Of a stretch of 64,000 nt of DNA, positions 63,485 to 64,000 are shown in pieces (position 1 is the stretch's first letter; the number at the start of each line of letters is the position of its first letter). Source of the DNA: an uncultured bacterium (GTDB taxonomy: Bacteria > Patescibacteriota > JAHJAL01). Location of the stretch: positions 15,342 through 79,341 of the forward strand of contig CALKWM010000017.1 in NCBI GenBank assembly GCA_938004065.1, in the 5' to 3' direction. A program made the position numbers and the translations under genes. The notes below the pieces were generated by a model. It was not told the DNA's origin, did no database searches, and saw nothing but the letters and a program-made list of their open reading frames with translations.

Positions 63485-64000
63485 TTTATCATTAGTTTCT
63501 ATTGTATATTCAATGTTAGTTCCACTAGTCATTGCCATTGACAGTGGATTTGTATCCATTAAAGAACTATAAGTCTGGTTATTCAAAGAAGTTTTGGAAA
63601 AATCACCTTTGCTAAACTTATATAGACGAAAATTATTCCAATGCCACTTCTCTACTTGATAAGACCAACCAACATATTTTGCCATTGAAATCACAAATTC
63701 TTCAATTCTAATCTTTTCTTTATTATGAATATCAACTGTAGAAATATTATTCACTAAATTTATTGGTATACCACTAGAATTACTTATTCTAAGTTTATCT
63801 CCCGTTCGCTTATTTCTACCACCTTCAATATACAATCCGCTACCATTGCAATATCCCGTTGCATTAAAATTGTCCCTCATCCTTAAAAAATCATTTAATC
63901 CTAACATTATTTCATAAAAACTATAATGGTTTGCACACAATAATGAATTTAGAATTTGATTTTTATTATTAATGCTTAAATAATTTATCCACTCAATACA
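63476..64000 (-). CDS. 3' part of an unknown protein, possibly the cognate restriction endonuclease
   Basis: Frame stays open to the window end (CIEWINYLSINNKNQILNSLLCANH...); overlaps the methyltransferase stop by 9 bp, convergently. Confidence 0.5.
   Translation of the reverse strand, partial: CIEWINYLSINNKNQILNSLLCANHYSFYEIMLGLNDFLRMRDNFNATGYCNGSGLYIEGGRNKRTGDKLRISNSSGIPINLVNNISTVDIHNKEKIRIEEFVISMAKYVGWSYQVEKWHWNNFRLYKFSKGDFSKTSLNNQTYSSLMDTNPLSMAMTSGTNIEYTIETNDKLF

Overview
Low-GC bacterial chromosome segment using the standard genetic code (TGA is used as a stop). Nearly all genes are on the minus strand, and the plus strand has a strong C>G skew. Gene content suggests Patescibacteria (CPR); this is inferred from the archaeal/eukaryal-type GlyRS, GatCAB, class II RNR, MurT/GatD, sortase, PEGA protein and tRNAs without encoded CCA. 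Housekeeping content: a dcw cluster (mraZ-rsmH-ftsL-ftsI-murF-mraY-ftsW-murG-murC-murB-ftsQ, then recJ), ftsA-ftsZ-yggT, rodA-recO, ligA and gatC/A/B interleaved with other genes, lemA-htpX-tsaC-glyA, dnaX-dnaB, murT-gatD, a PAS two-component pair, nrdR-nrdJ with NrdR boxes, and three tRNAs (Leu-CAA, Gln-UUG, Glu-CUC). Most notable observations: (1) an intact LexA fused in frame to a beta-class amino-methyltransferase, facing a convergent unknown ORF in a compositionally atypical block at the right end; (2) a long structured element between mraZ and rsmH that displays a 16S-3'-end-like sequence; (3) a catalytically eroded Ddl homolog; (4) a membrane-anchored HEPN-motif protein and an NYN nuclease inside the gat cluster; (5) a tRNA-Gln-linked islet with a duplicated element; (6) strong CCGG enrichment; (7) several unannotated microproteins. 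All calls come from reading motifs by eye; no searches were run.
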